Both the position numbers and the translations under genes were made by a program. 64,000 bases of DNA from the human T2T-CHM13v2.0 reference genome, Homo sapiens: the NCBI RefSeq assembly GCF_009914755.1, contig NC_060937.1; one strand, 5' to 3'. This document shows positions 57,901-64,000 of the stretch, piece by piece; positions within the stretch are counted from its first letter, which is position 1; each line of letters opens with the position of its first letter. The notes beneath the pieces were generated by a model. That model did no database searches, was not told the DNA's origin, and saw only the letters and a list, made by a program, of their open reading frames with translations.

Positions 57901-58629
57901 GTGTTTTTCGTTTTACTTGTATTTTTACTAAGAGAGCCGAGACTAGCAAGTGACACTTGAACTTCTCACAAGCTATCATACTTTCTTTCCTCTTTACAGA
58001 AGTTTGCGGCTGATGCTCACTCAGCCTTTTTCTCTAACATTTAGAAAAGGAGGAAAGCTAGTTCATGCTGTTTATATCTTGCTTCCAGAATCACTGATTT
58101 TGTTTTGATAACTTCCAATCCCAACTTACCCATGAACAACAACAACAAAAAAATAGTGTTCCATTCTCAGCTCGACCCCTTAAACAAAGGAAAAAAACAA
58201 AACAAAAAAGCAACTGAGGTAGGCTTAGGATACTTTTCAGGAAATTTCCAGCCTTTTCTTGAGGCATTACTCTCTCAATATGATCTTTTGAAGAAACAGA
58301 GTTAAGCATTTCAGAAGATAGAGACTTGGAACTGTTTTTTCTAAAAATAAAAATAAAAATAAAGCAGAGAACTGTGAGGCAATCTGAGGAGTTTGCAAGA
58401 ATAAATGAGCTTTATTTTTTGCAAGTATTGTGTAAAATTGATTTCAGAGAGCTGGATTTGGCAAAAGTGGAAATAAAGTTATAAAATTTTGAGCTAACAT
58501 GGGCTGGATTTCAGATAACATATGGTATAATATTTATTGAAAGCATTTATATTCAAGTACATTTCATTATTTTAATACTATTTTTCAAGAAGAAAGGTCT
58601 AGATGAACACGGAGATCAACTCTAAAGTA

Positions 58630-58716
58630 CAACATGGCACATGTATACATATGTAACAAACCTGCACGTTGTGCACATGTACCCTAAAACTTAAAGTATA
58701 ATAATAATAAAAAAAG
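58630..58716 (+). mobile_element. Very short LINE-1 3' end (L1PA3/4-like)
   Basis: caacatggcacatgtatacatatgtaacaaacctgcacgttgtgcacatgtaccctaaaacttaaagtataataataataaaaaaa. Confidence 0.92.
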
Positions 58717-59907
58717 AATTTTTAAACTTAAAAAAAGCAGTGTTTTCATAGGCCACCTCATCTTAGAGATACAAGTTAGAATAATAAAAGCTGATGGAGT
58801 CATTAGTACTTAGTTCAGACCCACCAGCTGATTCCATGAACTCTACTGCTTATGAGCCAAGAGAAGGGAAGTATAAGATATTTAACATCCCAAAGGCTCA
58901 CACAATTGTGTTATAGTGTCTGTATCCTGTACCATATCAGTCTTTCAAAATAGTGTCATGCTCTCTAGTGAAAATATCTGCAAACCCATGACCATACCCA
59001 CACACTCAGGAAGTAAAATGTTTATTCATCTTCAGGATCTTGTATATGTCTATGTATAATATCTTCCACATATATGCTCAAAAGAATTTTGTTTTTTTTT
59101 CTCCCCACATCGTGATATTCTAGATAAAGGGTTATCATGTCCCAAAATTCTCTGCAAAATTTTGTGTTCTTTCTTTTGCATCACCTATTTCATCTTCATT
59201 TCCATAAATATTAGCTTCTGAAGGCATGAGCATTAGTCTTAGGCCTTCCTTACAGACACTGTTTTTTTTATAACATACTGAGACAAAATACCACATAAAA
59301 ATTTAAAAGGTAAGTGAGGAGAAGCAAAATCTTCAAGGGTCTACAGTGATAAATTCCTCAAAATGGGCTTCAGACATGAAAATTGCCAGTTTATGAATTT
59401 ATTATGATTCTATTTTAGATAGACTAAAATCCTCCACATTGTGTATATAGAATTTCTCTATTTTTTCAGAGTTCAGAGCATTAAAAAACACATAAGTCGG
59501 TATTGATTATTTGAGTTTTAGTTCTGCTACAGCTAACACACCAAGTTATACTTTCTCCAATAAATATTTGCAATCCCTAAAAGGTCTTGATGCTCATCCA
59601 AAAAGTATTCTTTGGAAGCAATAGCACTGAGCAAGCAGTCTTCTACTTCATATCAGATACCTATTTTTGGCTCATCTGCAGGTGAAAATGCTTTCACAAA
59701 CAAAAGTACAGACTACAAAGTTGGAGAAGAGTGTTATAAATGACTTTTCTAAAGTTGTTTTTTTAAAGATCTTCTTTTTGATAAGTTCTTATTTTTGACA
59801 ATGCCATTTTAAAATTTATGTCAATCTTTGAGTTTACACAGTCTATCCTCAATGGTGGGCTTTATCACCCATGGGATGTTTATAAGACAAATTCAGATCT
59901 TTTCGTA

Positions 59908-60147
59908 TAGGCTGACAGCTTGCAAGAACAGAATGTATGAACTCAGAACTAACTCATGGATAAGTTAGCCACACACAGATACATACGTCATTTAAAAACG
60001 CTTATTTCTCTGGTTCAATACCTACCCTAGGCTGACAGCTTGCAAGAACAGAATGTATGAGCTCAGAAATAACTCATGGATAAGTCAGCCACACACAGAT
60101 AGATATGTCATTTAGCAACGCTTATTTCTCTGGTTCAATACCTACCC
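59908..60147. repeat. 120-bp head-to-tail tandem duplication
   Basis: 59908-60027 versus 60028-60147: 7 substitutions, no indels. Confidence 0.97.
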
Positions 60148-60410
60148 TTCTGCACTTTTTCTTGATCTTTCCAGAACAGCAAAGAGGTAATTTTCATCTA
60201 GTTTCCTTAACAGTGGTCAATTACAGAATACCCCTGACCTAGTCACTGATCCCATTCTCTGGACAGGCAGTTTCCAGAAATTGAGAGCGGAGACTTGTGA
60301 CTTTTATTTTTATACACACCTCTAGAGAGATAAGCAAGTAGAAAATAAAGAGAAGAAGGAAGGAAGAAAGGAAAAAGAAACAGACTAAGGACATTAAATA
60401 TTAAACTGTG

Positions 60411-60707
60411 AGCTGGATATGGTGGCTCACGCCTGTAATCCCAGCACTTTGAGAGGCTGAGGTGGGCGGATCACTTGAGGTCAGGAGTTTCAGATCAGCC
60501 TGGCCAACATGGTGAAACCCTTTCTCCACTAAAAGTACAAAAATTACCCTGGCTTGGTAGCACACACCTGTAGTCCTAGCTACACAGGAAGCTGAGGCAG
60601 GAGAACCCTTTGAACCTAGGAGGCAGAGGTTTCAGTGAGCTGAGATTATTACCACTGCACTCAAGCCTGGGCAACAGAGCGAGACCCTGTTTCAAAATAC
60701 AATAAAA
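60411..60707 (+). mobile_element. AluS (Sz-like)
   Basis: gatcacttgaggtcaggag; TSD-like taaactgtg/taaaatgtg. Confidence 0.93.
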
Positions 60708-60979
60708 TGTGAGATAAACACAGATATGGTCACTATTTCTATTTGCAGTGGCATGTTTAATAAATAAGTTTGAAAGCCTATAAAAATATGAAAGGATTAG
60801 ACAATTTTTAAATGACTCAAGAAGAAAAAAAATTAAGATTAAGAATCCTTAAAATTAAACTATAGTTAATACCTCCTCCCTCTGCTGTCATGAAGTCAAT
60901 GTCTTTTAAAAGAAAATTATATATATATATATATATATGTATATCTGTGTGTATATGAATTTTCATATGTATCTACATA

Positions 60980-61578
60980 TGAAAAGAAAAATAAGTCTCT
61001 CAGGACCCCAAAATCACTAAGCCAAGAGAAGAGTCAAGCTAGGAACTATGTCAGACAAACCTGCTTCCCATTCTAGTCCTAAATAAGATTGCTGCAAAGA
61101 TAGAAACTACATACCTCCCTCACAATTTGTCCACAAGAAAATTCCTTGTGCAAAGAGGACAGACAGAACTCAAAGTGTTCCCTCAGAGGCTCACTGGAGA
61201 CAAATGCATATCTGATTGCTTCCTCTGCTCTACTGTTTATGTAAAAATGTGGATTCAGTGAGCCAGACTCAATTGTGTATTCAGTAGAAGGCTGATCAAG
61301 GACTCAAAATAATGCAACCTTTTGTCTCTTATCGACTTATGACCTGGAAGCCCCCACCTCTAACTCCTCGATTACCCCCACCACTGCCTCAGTAGTCCTC
61401 CCTTACATATATGATTGATGTCTCATATGTCCCTAAAATGGATAAAACCAAGCTGTACCCTGACTACCTTCGGCACATGACATCAGGACCTACTAAGGCC
61501 GTGTCACAGGCATATTCTTATCCTTGGCAAAATAAACTTTCTAAATTGACTGACACCTGTCTCAGATACCTTCTTAGT
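60980..61578 (+). mobile_element. MER4A-like ERV1 solo LTR
   Basis: tgaaaagaaaaataa...ggaccccaaaatcactaagcc...agtcaagct.ggaact start; ccttggcaaaataaactttctaaattgactga.acctgtctcagata end. Confidence 0.88.
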
Positions 61579-63106
61579 ATATGTATGTATGTGTATATAT
61601 ATATGTGTATATATATATACACACAAGACACATATATATACACACACACGTATAACAAATTTTACCAAAATATTTATAGCTTATAAAAATTGCTTTTGTG
61701 AATAGAATAAAAAGAAGATGGCCTAACCTATTTTTTATTTTATCAAAAGCATAATGGCATTTTAAACTTTTAAAAAGTATATAAAAATAAATATGTATCA
61801 GTTTGACATAATTAAGAATGCTATAGTAATTAATACTTTATCAAAATAAATTTAGTAATATTTGCATTAATGTGGAGAATCTACCAAAACAGAAAGAAGA
61901 AAGGATGGGAATGGGAATTATTACATTGTTTCTGGCCATGGCACCAATACACACCAATCAAAAAGATCCATCACACCAATAGTAATCATTTAGAAAATAT
62001 AATACATATTTTGAAAATAATTTCATTCATATTAGCAAGAAAAAATAAGTTACTTAGGAAGAGTACATTTTAAAATTATAACTTATAAATAAATTTTTAA
62101 AGCTGCATACATAGATTACCTAAAAATGTCAAAAATAAAATCTAATCGAGGCATACAATGAAAGTCTAGTCAAAAAAGACAAACTATGACAGGAAATATA
62201 TTAAAGTTCAAACACAAATGAAAAACCAGCAGAAAAAAGAATACTGTAATACATATGTCAGCCAAGAAATAGTGTCCTAGACATTTAAACTGTGTGCAAA
62301 AAAATAATGAAAATAAAGCAAGACAGCAGAAAAACAATGACAACCACAAAAAAATAAGGGCTAAGGAAAAAACTAAGCTTATGGTCACAAAAGAAAAATT
62401 TGGTATAGGAATCAAGCTATGAAAATCTGTTCAAAGTCAGTGAAAGTATTAAACAATGCAACATGTTCAGGTAAAATCTTCAAAGTCTCATCAGTATGGG
62501 AAGCACAAATTAAAATTCATGCATTAATGGTGGGAGTGTAAGTTGCAACAATCAATATGAAAAACAACGACATTATTTTGAGAGAAAGAAAATGCCTATG
62601 TCTTATGACAGATCAGAGAGAGGAATTTAAAGTCTCTGAAGAAGAGAGGTACAGTCTCAGAAGACATGAAATCCAGAGTGACTTTAAATTCCTTTTCCAT
62701 TTGTTGTTATCTGTCATTCTTTAACTGATACTCACATTTTGAAAAAGAAAATTGAATAGGGTTTTTTTTTTTGCCATTTTGCAAATCTCTTATTTCCTCA
62801 TAATGATTTTAATTAAAGTCCAAATCCTTTCAGCTGAGTATAAGAAACACGTTTTCTACATATTGCTTTAATTTAAATATTTCTGATGATTATACAACAT
62901 TTTTAACCAAAAATATCCAGGGAAATTGTTGGTTTTATAAAGTGTATTTCTGTTTCCTTGTAGCATTTATTCTCCAGACATCTACTTCATCTGATAGTAA
63001 TATAGTTATACCAGATTTCTCACCATTAATATTTTCCTGCAACATATATTTCCATGGAAGTTGTAGAACATTAAAAAAAACTCTGTCCTTGTCATTTTGC
63101 ATTAGA

Positions 63107-63127
63107 ATATATATATATGTATATATA

Positions 63128-63161
<34 letters not shown>
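63107..63161. repeat. (TA)n-rich microsatellite
   Basis: Direct inspection. Confidence 0.9.
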
Positions 63162-63484
63162 CACGCTGGAAGAAAAATCAAACAATTTGAGTACTAACAA
63201 GAGATCAAAAATTTAGATTTGTTGTGAGACATAATGACCCTGTGCTCCTAGAAAGAACACTGCTGGGCAACTACATAGAAACTACATAAAACGTTTATTT
63301 TTTTACATGACCAAAAGGAATGGTTGCTACATGAATGAGGTCCAAAATAATAAGAGAAAAATATGAGAAGTAAAAGAAGGGACAAGGAAAGCCTGTAATA
63401 TTGTATCTACTATTTCTCTTCTGGGGAGAGGAAGAGACATTCTCTCCCTTAAAGGTAGCCTTTGGAGTGAGAAGTATGTTATGC

Positions 63485-63620
63485 CCTAAGAAACGCAGTC
63501 CTGTGAGATGGTATCATCTCTGTGTTAACAATGGGAAATTTGAACATTATATACACTATTCGTATAGTTAATAATGGAAAGAGCTAGGATGGAAGCCAGG
63601 ATAACCTGGACAAATATCAT
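63485..63620 (-). mobile_element. MIR fragment
   Basis: cctgtgagatggtatcatc...acaatgggaaa...aatggaaagagctaggat.gaagccagg. Confidence 0.55.
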
Positions 63621-63645
63621 GCCTCACTCAGAAATATAGTCCACA

Positions 63646-63930
63646 ATTCATGTATGCATTAATTTACTTCTTTATCAAATATGAGAGGCTACTAAGTAAA
63701 TGACTCAGCATTAATAGTCGGAGAAAACACAGGAAAAATAACAGAAAACATGCCTTCCTTCATAGAACATACAATTTAATAGAAAACTCATTTAAAATAC
63801 TCTGTGATAAAGTGTTTGAATAAAGTGTACGTAATCTTCACCTAAGGGCATCATATAAGGCTAGTGAAAGGAAATTATCCCTCCACAATGAGAAAAATTT
63901 GGCAAGGTGAATGAATCATGAATGGAAGTG
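63646..63930 (-). mobile_element. L2 3' end
   Basis: attcatgtatgcatt...tcaaatatgagag...catgccttccttcatagaacatacaatttaatag. Confidence 0.5.
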
Positions 63931-64000
63931 GAAGTAGTAGTAAAAAAGAACATTTTGTACAAAACATAGCATAAAAGGAAATAATGGAGTCATTCAGGAA

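Overview
AT-rich, repeat-dense primate (human-like) genomic DNA, intergenic or deep-intronic in character. I found no supportable protein-coding gene, RNA gene or CRISPR array. The recognisable ORFs in the track are LINE-1, Tigger1, Alu, LTR or microsatellite reading frames, and the rest resemble no protein I know. Contents: a near full-length ~8 kb L1MA1-3-type LINE (3.4-11.4 kb, minus strand), several truncated L1PA/L1MA/L1MC copies, about 14 Alu-family elements including a FAM monomer, a full-length Tigger1 split by a THE1 LTR, MER2, Tigger2a, MaLR LTRs (MLT1, MSTB), a MER4A LTR, two homologous ERVL-like LTR pieces, and MIR/L2 relics. Best observations: two 5'-inverted (twin-primed) L1 insertions with readable junctions, a strong CTCF-like site at ~50.2 kb in unique sequence, a perfect 56-bp duplication in a young L1 lacking a visible TSD, and several local tandem duplications. 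I did not find an undescribed biological system. Subfamily names come from remembered consensus sequences and need RepeatMasker/Dfam confirmation; boundaries of old elements are approximate.
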